DNA of 64,000 nucleotides from Chloroflexota bacterium (GCA_028874075.1 JAPPLU010000090.1:29675-93674); one strand, 5' to 3'. Shown: positions 9,445 through 19,869, numbered from the stretch's first letter. Numbers and translations: made by a program. Notes: generated by a model not told the origin, from the sequence alone.

Positions 9445-10644
9445 TTAGCTGGCCTGGCGCGACGCCCGCCGCTCAGCCATTTGTGCGGCCTGGCGGGCCT
9501 TGATTTCAGCAATCCGGCGCGCGGGTTCCATCATTCGCCGGTAGACAATGTAGCCTACTACCACCAGGCCGGTCAACGACATCAAGGTTAGGGTCCAAGC
9601 CGGCCAGTCGTAGAAAAGATACACACCGGTTATCACTATGGCGTAGAAAGACAGGGGCACCATGGCCTTCCAGGCGAAGGCCATCAACTGGTCAATACGC
9701 AATCGGGGAAAAGTGCCCCGTATCCAGAACACCACCAGAATTACGGAATACACCTTGATCAGGAACCACACCACACTCAGCAACCCGCCAAGCCAGGCTA
9801 TGTCCGGCAGGGACGGCAGCCAAGCCAGGGCCGCAGTGTCAAAGGGCCACGACCACCCTCCAAGGAAGAGCAGCACTACTAGCGCCGCAATTGCGAAGGT
9901 GTTGATGTATTCCGCTAGGAAGAAAACCGACCAATGGGCGCCGCTGTACTCCACAAACGGACCGCCTACCACCTCGGACTCTGCGTGGTAAATGTCAAAG
10001 GGCGTGCGGCCCACCTCGGCTAGTCCGGCAATGAAAAAGACCACCATGCCCAGCGGCAGCACCGCCACGTAGGGAATCTGCTCCTGGGCTGCCACGATCA
10101 CCCGCAAGTCCAGGGACTTGGCAAGCATTCCTACGGCCACAACCACCATAATTACCGGAATCTCGTAACTGATTAACTGGGCAGCGGAACGCAGTCCCCC
10201 TAGCACCCCATATTTGTTGGCGGAACCCCAGCCGGCAAGCACCAGGCCCAGGATACCGATTACCGCGAAGGCCGTAATATAAAAGAGGCCCAGTTCCAGG
10301 TTCCGTAAAACCAGGCCTTCGGTGGCCGGAATGGTTACCCAGATCATAAAGGCGGACAGAGCAACGATTACCGGAGCAGCCCAGAAAATGGCCCGCTCAG
10401 ATGAACTGGGAATCACGTCTTCCTTTAGGATAAGTTTCACCGCGTCAGCCACTGGTTGCAACAGACCAAAAAGGCCCGTCCGGGTGGGACCCAGCCGCAA
10501 TTGCAGCCGCCCTAGCGCCTTTCGCTCGAGCCAAACCAGGGACAGCACTACAATCGACAGTCCGGTGAACATGGCCAGCAGGCCTACCACCATCCAAATG
10601 ACTTCGACAAGTCCGACCGCCAGCGGGGGAACAAATGGCTGCAT
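9445..10644 (-). CDS. nuoH: NADH-quinone oxidoreductase subunit H
   Basis: WLERK...GLLQPVADAVKL, RSAAQLISYE, RTPFD and PRLRIDQLM motifs. Confidence 0.96.
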   Translation of the reverse strand: MQPFVPPLAVGLVEVIWMVVGLLAMFTGLSIVVLSLVWLERKALGRLQLRLGPTRTGLFGLLQPVADAVKLILKEDVIPSSSERAIFWAAPVIVALSAFMIWVTIPATEGLVLRNLELGLFYITAFAVIGILGLVLAGWGSANKYGVLGGLRSAAQLISYEIPVIMVVVAVGMLAKSLDLRVIVAAQEQIPYVAVLPLGMVVFFIAGLAEVGRTPFDIYHAESEVVGGPFVEYSGAHWSVFFLAEYINTFAIAALVVLLFLGGWSWPFDTAALAWLPSLPDIAWLGGLLSVVWFLIKVYSVILVVFWIRGTFPRLRIDQLMAFAWKAMVPLSFYAIVITGVYLFYDWPAWTLTLMSLTGLVVVGYIVYRRMMEPARRIAEIKARQAAQMAERRASRQAS

Positions 10645-11786
10645 TACCGGTCAACCTCCCCCAGCACAATGTCCAGCGAACCCAGGATCACCACCGAATC
10701 GGCAATCCAGGAATTCGTTAACAATCGCCTGATGGCGGAAAGGTTGCAGAATGAGGGAGGCCGCACCTTCAGCCGATAGGGTCGGTCAGTGCCGTTACTG
10801 ATCAGGTGGACACCAATCTCGCCTCGGGGGTTCTCCGCCCTCATGTAGACTTCACCAGCCGGTGGGCGGATCAGGCGGCGGCCAAGGGAAGATACGACCT
10901 CTCCGCCCGGCATCTGTTCCAGGGCTTGCTCGATGATCTTCAACGACTCGTACATTTCCTGGACCCGCACCCAGTGCCGGTCCCAGCAATCCCCGTCCAG
11001 ACCGACGGGTATGTCGAAGTCAAACCGGTCATATATGGAATAGGGATGTGCCTTGCGCACGTCATATTCGATGCCGCAACCTCGCAGGCAGGGTCCCGTA
11101 AATCCAAAGTCTATGGCCTCTTCTGGGCCTATCGTTCCGACGTCCTTCAGCCGCGTCAGGAAAATCTCGTTAAAAGTGAGAATGCGATCGCTCTCCTCCA
11201 CGTCCTCGCGAAGCGGGGGGAGCAGTTCCGCGATAAGCTGCTCGAAGTTGTCGGGCAAGTCTTCCTTGACCCCACCAATGCGAAAGTAGTTGTGCATCAT
11301 ACGAGCGCCGGAAACAGCTTCAAACACCGACTGAATCCGTTCCCTGCCTCGGAAAGCGAACATGGTGGGGGTCATCGCCCCAGCATCCAGCCCGATAGTC
11401 CCCACGTATAACAGATGGCTGGCGATGCGGTTCAGTTCGCACAGAATTACCCGAACGTACTCCGCCCGCTCGGGCACCTCCAGCCCCATCAGTTTTTCCA
11501 CCGCCTGACAGTACACCAGTTCATTATTGAAATTAGCCACATAATCCAGCCTGTCGAACAAGGTGATGACCTGGTGATACTGTTCACCCTCGCACAGCTT
11601 TTCGGATCCCCGGTGCAGGTATCCGATATGGGGCTCAACGTCAACAATCTTCTCACCGTCAACCCACAGCACCATGCGGAACACCCCGTGGGTAGACGGG
11701 TGTTGCGGTCCCATGTTCAGGAGCATTTCGACCGGTTCGGCGTTTACCGGCGAGTTTGTGGCTAAATTAGTCTGGATATCTGCCAT
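10644..11786 (-). CDS. nuoD: NADH-quinone oxidoreductase subunit D (start at 11786 or 11819)
   Basis: NMGPQHPSTHGVFR, GYLHRGSEK and terminal DIVLGEVDR; no NiFe-binding CxxC motifs. Confidence 0.96.
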   Translation of the reverse strand: MADIQTNLATNSPVNAEPVEMLLNMGPQHPSTHGVFRMVLWVDGEKIVDVEPHIGYLHRGSEKLCEGEQYHQVITLFDRLDYVANFNNELVYCQAVEKLMGLEVPERAEYVRVILCELNRIASHLLYVGTIGLDAGAMTPTMFAFRGRERIQSVFEAVSGARMMHNYFRIGGVKEDLPDNFEQLIAELLPPLREDVEESDRILTFNEIFLTRLKDVGTIGPEEAIDFGFTGPCLRGCGIEYDVRKAHPYSIYDRFDFDIPVGLDGDCWDRHWVRVQEMYESLKIIEQALEQMPGGEVVSSLGRRLIRPPAGEVYMRAENPRGEIGVHLISNGTDRPYRLKVRPPSFCNLSAIRRLLTNSWIADSVVILGSLDIVLGEVDR

Positions 11787-11823
11787 GCTGTTCCAGTCAG
11801 TACTTTTGATGGGATGCAACAGA

Positions 11824-12093
11824 CTAAAGGAACTCGATCCTTGGCTCTTTCGGTGGGGTGACCAGGCTGCTCATCCACACTTCATCATTATCGTAGAATC
11901 CGGCGTCGATAAGAACGTCATCTAAAATGCCCAGGGTCTCGCAATCCTCCAGATAAGCAGCAATCTCGGACCTAAGCGAACTGCGTGCCTCCGCCGCCGA
12001 ATCACCAAACCCGGTAATCACTAGCTCCGGGCAATAGGCCAGGAAGTGCTGGCCCTCCTGGGACTCTTCGATCTGGTAGACGATTTTATCCAC
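11824..12093 (-). CDS. HicB-like/UPF0150-fold small acidic protein
   Basis: FLAYCPELVITGFGDSAAEARSSLRSEIAAYLE matches the HicB N-terminal pattern (Y.A..P.L....GxTxEEA...L...I..YLE). Confidence 0.7.
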   Translation of the reverse strand: MDKIVYQIEESQEGQHFLAYCPELVITGFGDSAAEARSSLRSEIAAYLEDCETLGILDDVLIDAGFYDNDEVWMSSLVTPPKEPRIEFL

Positions 12094-12129
12094 TTGTTCC
12101 CGTCAGGTAGCACCATTCCATGAGTTAGA

Positions 12130-12390
12130 TCAAGACTCTTGACTCAGCTCCAGAAACTCCAGCTGCAGCTCGGTCCCCTCTTCAACGCCGGGAATGCCAG
12201 CAAGCGCCATAGTCTCTTCCAGAAGACTTCGGGCGTCCTGGATTTCGATCCAGTTGCGCATTACGTTTATCAACTCGTCCTGCGCCGCCTCTAACGTTTC
12301 TCCCTCAGCCGACAGACCAAGGGACTCAATAGAAGCCAAATAAACGCCATCTTCCCAGTCCACTCTCGCGGTCAAGATGGCTCTCTCCAC
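12130..12390 (-). CDS. HicB-like/UPF0150-fold small acidic protein (GTG start re-assigned)
   Basis: EDGVYLASIESLGLSAEGETLEAAQDELINVMRNWIE. GTG at 12390 lies 4 nt after the nuoC stop with GGGAG upstream; the longer track ORF overlaps nuoC. Confidence 0.7.
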   Translation of the reverse strand: MERAILTARVDWEDGVYLASIESLGLSAEGETLEAAQDELINVMRNWIEIQDARSLLEETMALAGIPGVEEGTELQLEFLELSQES

Positions 12391-12394
12391 CGCT

Positions 12395-12925
12395 CTAAAA
12401 CTCCCGGTACTCGTAGAAGGGATAACTCTTTCGGCCCGGATAGCCCCCAAATCCCTCATACAATAAGAGAGGAGCCGAGTCGGGATTGCCCACAAAAGTG
12501 ACGCCAAACAGGTCCCTGGCCTCCCGCTCATACCACTCGGCGGCGGCCCAAACGTCGGAGACTGAAGGAATTTCGGGGTCTTCGTAGGGCAGGTTGGCCT
12601 TAACCACCAGGGTCTGTTCCCGTTCCAGCGAATGAAGAAAGTAGACTAACTGAAAGCTCTCCTCGTAATCCACGCAGGAAAGGCAAAGCAGCATCTTCAA
12701 ATCCAGGTTAGAATCACTCTTAGCCAGCCGGCAGATATCGGCTATACCGGCAGCATCCACAGTTACCTGGGGAAGGTCGGAAAGGAGGCCCCGCTCGGGG
12801 TTGAAGTCCTTGAAAAGTTCCTCGGCCAACTCCAGGGTCTGCAGGCCCTTCTCGGTCAGCACCGAGTAGTCGGGCTGTTCCTGCTCGGCCTCGGCGTCGT
12901 GCGCGGCGTGGCGGTTAGCGGCCAC
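12395..12925 (-). CDS. nuoC: NADH-quinone oxidoreductase subunit C
   Basis: [23 protein letters not shown] and GYPGRKSYP motifs. Confidence 0.92.
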   Translation of the reverse strand: MAANRHAAHDAEAEQEQPDYSVLTEKGLQTLELAEELFKDFNPERGLLSDLPQVTVDAAGIADICRLAKSDSNLDLKMLLCLSCVDYEESFQLVYFLHSLEREQTLVVKANLPYEDPEIPSVSDVWAAAEWYEREARDLFGVTFVGNPDSAPLLLYEGFGGYPGRKSYPFYEYREF

Positions 12926-13445
12926 TGTTCTGAGCGTCCTGCATGATTTTTTCCTGAAGCTTCAGGATTCCAAACAACAGGGCTTCCGGCCGGGGCGGGC
13001 ACCCAGGCACATATACGTCCACCGGGATAATGTGGTCAACCCCCATAACCACGGAGTATGACCGGTAGTAAGGGCCGCCGTTGGTGGCGCAGCTGCCCAT
13101 GGCAATTACCCACTTGGGGTCGGGCATCTGCTCGTAAAGCAGCTTGATGGGCTCGGCCATCTTCTTAACCACCGTACCGGCCACAATCATCACGTCCGAC
13201 TGCCGTGGCGACGGCCAGGTTACGACGCCGAACCGGTCGAAGTCGTGGTGCGCCATGTAGGTCGAAATCATTTCGATGGCGCAGCAGGCAAGCCCAAAGC
13301 TCAACATCCACAGGGAAGACTTGCGGGCCATCCCGAAAAGCTGTTCCTGTGTAGTAGTGATGACACCAGGCACTTTGCCGGCGGTCGCCTGGGTAAGCAG
13401 GCTGGGGGCGGGCGTGTTGCCGGGGCCCAGGATTATTTCTGCCAT
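12915..13445 (-). CDS. nuoB: NADH-quinone oxidoreductase subunit B
   Basis: [21 protein letters not shown] and VPGCPPRPE motifs. Confidence 0.96.
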   Translation of the reverse strand: MAEIILGPGNTPAPSLLTQATAGKVPGVITTTQEQLFGMARKSSLWMLSFGLACCAIEMISTYMAHHDFDRFGVVTWPSPRQSDVMIVAGTVVKKMAEPIKLLYEQMPDPKWVIAMGSCATNGGPYYRSYSVVMGVDHIIPVDVYVPGCPPRPEALLFGILKLQEKIMQDAQNSGR

Positions 13446-13825
13446 TCAAGGACCCCTTTTCTCCAGGCGTAGATGATGGCGAAGAACAATACACCCAAGA
13501 ACAGCACCATGGCGTAGAAGGGTATGGAGTTGCCCAGGTCCCGCTGCTCAAGGAAGACCACGGCCCACGGGAACAGGAACACCGCTTCCACGTCAAAAAT
13601 CAGGAATAGGATAGCGAAGATGTAGAAACGGAGATTGATGTTGGACCAGTTGAACCGCGCCGGTTCGATACCGCATTCGTAGGTGCTCAGCTTGGTCGCA
13701 GAGGGTCGCCGCGAAGACAATATACGACTAGCAAAGAACATGCCCCCGATCGCCACGACGGCTACAATGGCGGATAAAGCCACCATAGTCCAGTTGCTGG
13801 CATAAATGCTTGGATCGAAAGGCAC
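13433..13825 (-). CDS. nuoA: NADH-quinone oxidoreductase subunit A
   Basis: [19 protein letters not shown] and WRKGVLEW motifs. Confidence 0.95.
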   Translation of the reverse strand: MPFDPSIYASNWTMVALSAIVAVVAIGGMFFASRILSSRRPSATKLSTYECGIEPARFNWSNINLRFYIFAILFLIFDVEAVFLFPWAVVFLEQRDLGNSIPFYAMVLFLGVLFFAIIYAWRKGVLEWQK

Positions 13826-13868
13826 TACTTACCGCCTGTAATTTACAGCCTTGCCTGAAAGCGAAAAA

Positions 13869-13897
13869 ATAATATCACCGGGTATCTGGAGTGTCAA
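13869..13897 (-). promoter_or_regulatory. sigma70-type promoter of the nuo operon
   Basis: Minus strand reads TTGACA-17 nt-TATTAT with an extended TG, about 45 nt upstream of nuoA. Confidence 0.75.
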
Positions 13898-13919
13898 TTT
13901 GAAGGCAGGCGTTGGGATA

Positions 13920-15068
13920 TCAGGAACTCCGCGCCCTCAACTCTGTCGAAGAAACATCGGCCCTGAACCGTTCCTCCGGTATTTCCTGAAACAGGGGCTG
14001 GAAACCCTGCGGAATGGAAACTTCATCCAGCGTGCGGAAGGTTCCGTTCACCTGCCGCCCCACCACCAGAAAACGGCATCCCCGGGCCCAAATCTCGGCC
14101 AGCGCAGTCAGCATAGCCGTCTCCGAATACCCGTAGTATTTGGGGTCAATCACCCGTATCACGGTGTCCCACCCGATTACGAACACGCTGCCGGGGAAGA
14201 CTCCCGATTTCTCCTGGAAAGTGGGTGTGCGGGTCAAAGCCACCTTTCCCTCGCCCTTCAGCCCATCTAGCCGCCGCATTATTTCCAACTCCTCCAAGGG
14301 CGGCTTGTCCACATTCAGCACCGCAAGCTCGAACACCGCGTCCAGTCCCGTAATATCCTTGCCAACCTCCGCCATCTGCCGGTGCCCCTTGTGCAGCGGA
14401 TTAAAGGACCCGGGCAGAATCACCATGGGCTCGGGCGATTCACCCTCCCAGGACGAAATATCCCCCGATTCGCTGACCATCACCAGTTCTACTTCGCCGG
14501 AAAGCAATCTGTAGAGAGGACTCTCGTGCTGGACCGAATCTATTATCGGATTCTCCATCTCGGTAAAGCCGATGTCTAAGTCTGCTTCCACCCCGAAGGC
14601 CTGGGCCATGGCCTGGATCAGCAGGCGGCTCACTACTTCCTCCTCACCGATGCGGTCACGCTTGCCCTTGTCCAGTTTCAAATTGTACGAAGTCACTCCT
14701 GTCTCGTCCCAGGTGGCGATGCACGCCCGGTGGTCTCCCCGTTTGGTATAGTCGGTAGCTATGGTAGCGGTGCAAGCCACTCCCACTACGGGGGAATCGT
14801 CTTCCAGCAGTTTCAAGCCCCGGCGGTAGCAGGCCCTTGCCATATCCTTGGCGTTCTGCGGTGAAACATACTGCGACGGTTCTTCTCCCACCAGGTCAAT
14901 CATGGACAGTCGGCCATAGGGGACAAGGGTCTCCAGCAAAGTTCTGGACGCCCCGGAAACTCCCAGCAACCAGGACATGGCGCCGCTGCCGGCTCCAGCT
15001 ACCGCCAGCACCGACTTGTGAGGTGTACCGTGCAACTTGACTATGATTTCCTGAATTTCCCGGTCCAT
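13920..15068 (-). CDS. CinA/PncC-like domain fused to a NadD-like nucleotidyltransferase
   Basis: N-half: SWLLGVSGASRTLLE..VPY, EEVVSR. C-half: PGSFNPLHKGH (HxGH) and DVSSTELR. ATG at 15068 follows the upstream stop. Confidence 0.7.
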   Translation of the reverse strand: MDREIQEIIVKLHGTPHKSVLAVAGAGSGAMSWLLGVSGASRTLLETLVPYGRLSMIDLVGEEPSQYVSPQNAKDMARACYRRGLKLLEDDSPVVGVACTATIATDYTKRGDHRACIATWDETGVTSYNLKLDKGKRDRIGEEEVVSRLLIQAMAQAFGVEADLDIGFTEMENPIIDSVQHESPLYRLLSGEVELVMVSESGDISSWEGESPEPMVILPGSFNPLHKGHRQMAEVGKDITGLDAVFELAVLNVDKPPLEELEIMRRLDGLKGEGKVALTRTPTFQEKSGVFPGSVFVIGWDTVIRVIDPKYYGYSETAMLTALAEIWARGCRFLVVGRQVNGTFRTLDEVSIPQGFQPLFQEIPEERFRADVSSTELRARSS

Positions 15069-15069
15069 T

Positions 15070-15675
15070 TCAGTCCCCTTGCGCACCTGATCGGGCAGCT
15101 GGCGGCGCCCATGCCGTGTAGTCTATGTCGGACATCCGGCGGCGAGAAATTTCAATCTCGCCGCCGATTTTCTCGTTCCAGGCTTCGTTCCATTCCTTGG
15201 GAATCAGGTTCCGAGCCTCTCGCCACGTCACCGGCGCAACGTCGGAATTTGCAGACCCGGCCACCACCTCGGCCAGGAAACACGTCATATCCCCGCCGTC
15301 CATGGCATTGATCACCCTGCATTCCAGATATCCCATACACCCGGCGAGGATGGGGACGCCGGTTTCGCCAGGGGAGTACTCCACTCCATCCAGCTTCTCG
15401 TGGTTAATACCCGACACCAGCCCGAAGTCCCTGATAAAGTGGAGCTGATCCAGGCTTAGAAAGTTAAGGCCGAAGGCTCGGCTCACGCGGATCAGTTGAT
15501 GAGTGTAGTTACCCTTGTATATCTGCACCAGTACACGGGGCCGGTCCGGGACGATGGATGCAGCGGTTATTGCGACCGCTATTTGGGCGTTGGCTTTGCC
15601 ATGAAAACTGGTGGTTACTGCCGCCAGTGGCGACCAAAGCCGGCCCATAATTGGAGCTATGTCCTGATATTCCAT
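15070..15675 (-). CDS. Flavin reductase-like (DIM6/NTAB) protein
   Basis: NYTHQLI..SRAFGLNFL, FGLVSG...KL, GVPIL and YLECRV...GGD motifs; start uncertain (15675-15723). Confidence 0.85.
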   Translation of the reverse strand: MEYQDIAPIMGRLWSPLAAVTTSFHGKANAQIAVAITAASIVPDRPRVLVQIYKGNYTHQLIRVSRAFGLNFLSLDQLHFIRDFGLVSGINHEKLDGVEYSPGETGVPILAGCMGYLECRVINAMDGGDMTCFLAEVVAGSANSDVAPVTWREARNLIPKEWNEAWNEKIGGEIEISRRRMSDIDYTAWAPPAARSGAQGD

Positions 15676-15797
15676 CCTCACCAACGGCACATACATTTTC
15701 AGGTTCTTGGCGAAGTTTATCACCCGCCCTGAATACTTGTCTAAAGGTGCTAATCCGGGGTGGTCCCTCTATCGCCAGCACCGTCGCCAACAGATTG

Positions 15798-15895
15798 GTA
15801 GGGGCAGCCCAGGTGGCTGCCCCGATTTCCAAACCGTATCCCATCAATACCCGGCCATATTTTCGTGGGCGAGACCAACACTTGTCCGTACCTAC
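15798..15895. repeat. GTAG-type REP doublet
   Basis: GTAGGGGCAGCCcaggtGGCTGCCCC at 15798-15823 and an inverted degenerate partner GGGCGAGACC...CCTAC at 15867-15895. Confidence 0.6.
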
Positions 15896-16947
15896 CAGTC
15901 GGGCATGATGTCGTCGCCGCCGTTCTTGGTCAGCCGCCGTTGTTCGGACCCGTCGGCGTTCATCACCAGGATGTCCGCCGAGCCGTAGAGGTGGGTGACG
16001 AAGGCCAGTTGCTTCCCGTTGGGCGACCATACCGGCGAAACATCCTCCGCCTTGTTGCTTGTCAGTCGCTTTTGTTCGGCGCCGTCCGCCTGCATAGTGT
16101 AGATTTCCGCGTTCCCGTCTCTGGTCGAAACGAAGGCCAGGCCCTTGCTGTTTGGATGCCATGCGGGTGAGTGATCGTCGAACCCCCCGTGGGTAAGGCG
16201 TGTCTCATCCAGACCTTCTTCCCATGAACCGCCCTTCATCGGCTGGCCCATGAAGATGACCTGCGAATCATCCTGGAGGCGCACAAAGGCGATGTACTTC
16301 CCGTCGGGCGACCATACCGGCTGGGTGTCGTTTTTGTCGGTCAACCTGAGCAGGTTCACGCCCGTTGGATTTCGCAGCCACAGCCCCTGCTCCTCATCAG
16401 GTTCCAAGTTGTAGAAAACCAGCCACTCCCCGTCCGGCGACCAGTCTCCCAACTCCTCCACGGGCCCATCGAAGGTTACCTGGTCTACTTCCCGGCTCTC
16501 CAGAGAGATTGAATAGATTTCGGACCCCGCTCTGCCCTCTTCGTCTGCCTCGGAGACGTAGGCCAGCACTGGCTGTTTGGGGTGCCAGCGTGGAGAGGCA
16601 TCCAGCCCCTGGCTATTGGTCAGGCGTTTAACGTCCTGACCTTCCCGGCTGATCACGTTAATTTCCTTGTCACCCGACTCCCGCGACACATAGGCAATTT
16701 GTTTACTGTCCGGCGACCAGCGGGGCTCTTCGTCGGGACCGCCATTATTGGTAAGGCGGGAGGTCTCACCAGTCTTCGCGTCCACCACATAAAGGTCCCG
16801 GTCACCGTCCGTATCCGAAACATATACGATGCCACTGTCTCCGGAGGGAATGAACGAACACCCCATCGCCACAACCAGTGCAATCGAGGCCACCGAGATC
16901 ACTCTCGGCAAGGGAAAAAGGACTTTGATACCCCGCGGCTTCTTCAT
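15892..16947 (-). CDS. TolB-like PD40 beta-propeller lipoprotein
   Basis: Repeated P.WSPDG..IA.VS motifs; N-terminal MKKPR, hydrophobic stretch and lipobox AMGC. Confidence 0.88.
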   Translation of the reverse strand: MKKPRGIKVLFPLPRVISVASIALVVAMGCSFIPSGDSGIVYVSDTDGDRDLYVVDAKTGETSRLTNNGGPDEEPRWSPDSKQIAYVSRESGDKEINVISREGQDVKRLTNSQGLDASPRWHPKQPVLAYVSEADEEGRAGSEIYSISLESREVDQVTFDGPVEELGDWSPDGEWLVFYNLEPDEEQGLWLRNPTGVNLLRLTDKNDTQPVWSPDGKYIAFVRLQDDSQVIFMGQPMKGGSWEEGLDETRLTHGGFDDHSPAWHPNSKGLAFVSTRDGNAEIYTMQADGAEQKRLTSNKAEDVSPVWSPNGKQLAFVTHLYGSADILVMNADGSEQRRLTKNGGDDIMPDW

Positions 16948-17243
16948 CCAGCACCACCTCCCGTTGGGCCCAAACCAAGACAACAGTCCCATTAACGAAA
17001 TTGCACCAAGATGTTACGACATTCCGGCCGGAGAAACGTATTAAGATTATGTACAGTTTCCGGCAAATTTTGCTCTCCATCATTGATTTGGTCATAGGCA
17101 TCAAGAAAGAAAGACCCTCGAGCATTTCTGTCGTTTCGTAGAAAGCTCCTTTTTCTGACACTGCCTTGACAAGCCTGGAATGCGTCATTAACTTAACTGC
17201 AACCTACGGGGCCGCCGCCCCGAACCGCTGTGGAGGTAAGCTT

Positions 17244-18494
17244 ATGAAAGCCCTCGTGGGAGCCAACCTGATCGACGGCACCGGCGGGTCGGTGGTCAAT
17301 GACGCAACAGTCCTCATAGACGGCGAACGCATTGTCCAGACAGGGCCCCGGCTGGCGGTGGACCTTCCCCAGCACACAGAAGTCATCGACGTCAGTGGCA
17401 TGACCCTAATGCCCGGCATGATCGATTGTCATGACCACCTGGCCTCCAAGGACTACGGTCTGCCCAGCCGCATGGGCTATGATGCCCCCTTGTCGCTCCA
17501 GCACCTGCGCACCGCCAAGGTACTGGAACAGACCCTGGAAGCCGGCTACACTTGTGTACGGGACGGCGGTGGATTGGATGCCGGGTTCAAGCAGGCCGTG
17601 GAAATGGGCCTCTTCCCGGGGCCTCGCCTTGTTCTTTCGGTGGCGATCATTTCCCCGACCGGCGGCCTCGCCGACAAAGTAACCCCCTCCGGACAGTGCT
17701 TTCCTCATGACGATCCCATGATCCCATCTGGCATCGCCGACGGAGACGACCCGGTGCGCGCCAAGGTACGTGAGATGTGCCGAGTCGGGGCCGACGTTAT
17801 CAAGTTCGCCACCACCGGCGGCGCCAGTTCTCGCCCCGGCCACGGCCCCTTGGATATCGCCTTTGGCCCCTCCGAGGTAAGGGCCCTCATTGATGAATCA
17901 AAGGCCCTGGGTCGCAGGACCATGTGCCACGCCGTAGGCGGGCCCGGCCTGAGAATGTGTGTCGAGGCGGGCGCCCACTCGGTAGAGCACGGCTGCTATC
18001 TGGCCGAAGACCCAGACCTGCTTAAGATGATGGCCGATAAGGGTATCTTCCTGGTACCCACATTCGAGATTTACGAATTCCACGCCACCCTTAGCGCGCC
18101 CCACATGCAGACCCGCTCCCGAGCCCTCATGGACATCCACAGGGAGACCATGCACCAGGCACTGGCTGCAGGCGTCAAGGTGGTAGCAGGCACCGATGCT
18201 GGCGGCTACGTCCACGGCGACAACGCCCGGGAAGTCCAGATAATGGTAGAAAAGGGAATGTCCAACATGCAGGCCATTCAGGCCTGCACCGGCTGGGCTG
18301 CCGAATGCGTGGACATGGCCAATGATATTGGCACGGTTACCAAGGGCAGGTACGCCGACTTGCTGGTGCTGGACGGAGACCCATTGAAGGACATTGAGGT
18401 TATCCGGCGCCCGGAAAGCATCAAGATGGTAATGAGGGGAGGCCAAACGGCGGTAGACCGGCTTCCTGTCCGCGATCCCCAGCCCGTTGGCTAG
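17244..18494 (+). CDS. Metal-dependent amidohydrolase (Xaa-Pro dipeptidase-like)
   Basis: PGMIDCHDHL, IKF, CHA, EHG and GTDAG motifs; GGAGG RBS before ATG 17244; TTGACA at 17166. Confidence 0.9.
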   Translation: MKALVGANLIDGTGGSVVNDATVLIDGERIVQTGPRLAVDLPQHTEVIDVSGMTLMPGMIDCHDHLASKDYGLPSRMGYDAPLSLQHLRTAKVLEQTLEAGYTCVRDGGGLDAGFKQAVEMGLFPGPRLVLSVAIISPTGGLADKVTPSGQCFPHDDPMIPSGIADGDDPVRAKVREMCRVGADVIKFATTGGASSRPGHGPLDIAFGPSEVRALIDESKALGRRTMCHAVGGPGLRMCVEAGAHSVEHGCYLAEDPDLLKMMADKGIFLVPTFEIYEFHATLSAPHMQTRSRALMDIHRETMHQALAAGVKVVAGTDAGGYVHGDNAREVQIMVEKGMSNMQAIQACTGWAAECVDMANDIGTVTKGRYADLLVLDGDPLKDIEVIRRPESIKMVMRGGQTAVDRLPVRDPQPVG

Positions 18495-18563
18495 ACCATC
18501 CAAGTGAAGCTGCCAACAGCGGGTCGGCCGCTATGTCAGCCGACCCGCTCATTTTGGTAAGTA

Positions 18564-19361
18564 ATGCGTTTTCACGTCCTGACCCTCTTCCCGGAAGCCT
18601 TCGAAGGGCCGGTCCGGCACAGCATGATTGGCCGGGCGATACAGCGCGGCCTTATTTCGGTACAGATCACCGATATCCGTTCCTACACCCACGACGCCCA
18701 TGGAACCGCCGACGACTACCAATTCGGGGGCGGCCACGGTATGGTGCTCAAGCCCGAACCCATCTTTGCCGCGGTATCCGACTCCCTCTCTCCCTACGAC
18801 GAAGAGTCACGCCCTTCCATTCCCATCGTCCTGCTGTCTCCCCAGGGCCGTAGGTTAGACCAGCAACTGGTGCTGGAACTGGCAGAAGCCCCGGCCATGG
18901 CCCTGATTTGCGGCCACTACGCCGGCGTGGATGAGCGAGTCCGCGACCATCTGGCTACCCACGACGTCAGCATCGGCGACTACATCCTGACCGGTGGCGA
19001 ACTGGCAGCAATGGTGGTCATCGATGCCATTTCCAGGTTTGTGCCCAACGTGGTTGGCTCCGCCGAAAACGTGCTGGAAGACTCCATTACCTCGGGGCTG
19101 CTGCAGCATCCTCTCTACACCCGCCCGGCGGAGTTCAGGGGCCTCGCGGTGCCTGATATTCTCCGCTCCGGCCACCACGGGGAGATAGACCGCTGGCGCC
19201 GGCAGGAATCCCTGCGCCGGACCCTGGCTAGGCGACCTGACCTGCTGGACTCCGCTCACTTGACTGAAGCGGACTTGGCATACCTCGCCGAACTTGGCCA
19301 TAAGTCTACGGCCGAGACATCAGATATCCATCCTAATCTTGATGAATCATCCCATTCCTGA
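18564..19361 (+). CDS. trmD: tRNA (guanine-N1)-methyltransferase
   Basis: TLFPE, LLSPQG, ICGHYAGVDERV, SIGDYILTGGEL and YTRP motifs. Confidence 0.97.
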   Translation: MRFHVLTLFPEAFEGPVRHSMIGRAIQRGLISVQITDIRSYTHDAHGTADDYQFGGGHGMVLKPEPIFAAVSDSLSPYDEESRPSIPIVLLSPQGRRLDQQLVLELAEAPAMALICGHYAGVDERVRDHLATHDVSIGDYILTGGELAAMVVIDAISRFVPNVVGSAENVLEDSITSGLLQHPLYTRPAEFRGLAVPDILRSGHHGEIDRWRRQESLRRTLARRPDLLDSAHLTEADLAYLAELGHKSTAETSDIHPNLDESSHS

Positions 19362-19840
19362 TGCCCAAGTCCGAGTTCAAATTCTCCACTCCCGTTCGGG
19401 TCCGCTGGATGGAATGCGACGCCCAGGGTATCGTCTTTAATGGCGCCTACCTGGGCTATCTGGAAATTGCCCAGGCCGAATACTTCCGTAATCTGGGATT
19501 CTCCATCTACCGAATAGCCCAGAACGGCTACTTCGACAGCGCCGTCGTGAAGGCCGACCTTGAATTCAGGGCCCCCGCCCGGGTTGACGAGGTTCTGGAG
19601 CTCTTTGCGCGGGTGGCCCGCATTGGCAATACCAGCATTACCCTGCTGGTGGAAATCTACGCAGCAGGCTCTGATAAGGTGCTGACTTACATAGAAGCGG
19701 TGTACGTGGGGTTTTACGCCGAATCGGAAACGACCAGGAGGGTTCCGGACGCCATCAGATCACTGGTAGAACACTTCGAAACTATGGGAGAACCGCTGAG
19801 CCTGGAAGAATTTCCTGACCTTTTGGAGGCAGCCAGTTAG
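19361..19840 (+). CDS. Acyl-CoA thioesterase (4HBT/YbgC hot-dog fold)
   Basis: VRWMECDAQGIVFNGAY motif; TGATG overlap with trmD. Confidence 0.88.
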   Translation: MPKSEFKFSTPVRVRWMECDAQGIVFNGAYLGYLEIAQAEYFRNLGFSIYRIAQNGYFDSAVVKADLEFRAPARVDEVLELFARVARIGNTSITLLVEIYAAGSDKVLTYIEAVYVGFYAESETTRRVPDAIRSLVEHFETMGEPLSLEEFPDLLEAAS

Positions 19841-19869
19841 GCTGTTGAGGCGTCAGCGGGGCAAAAGGA

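Noticed and set aside
11824-12390. Complete HicAB toxin-antitoxin module
   Set aside because: Both proteins are acidic and HicB-like; no basic HicA with a GSH motif is visible nearby.
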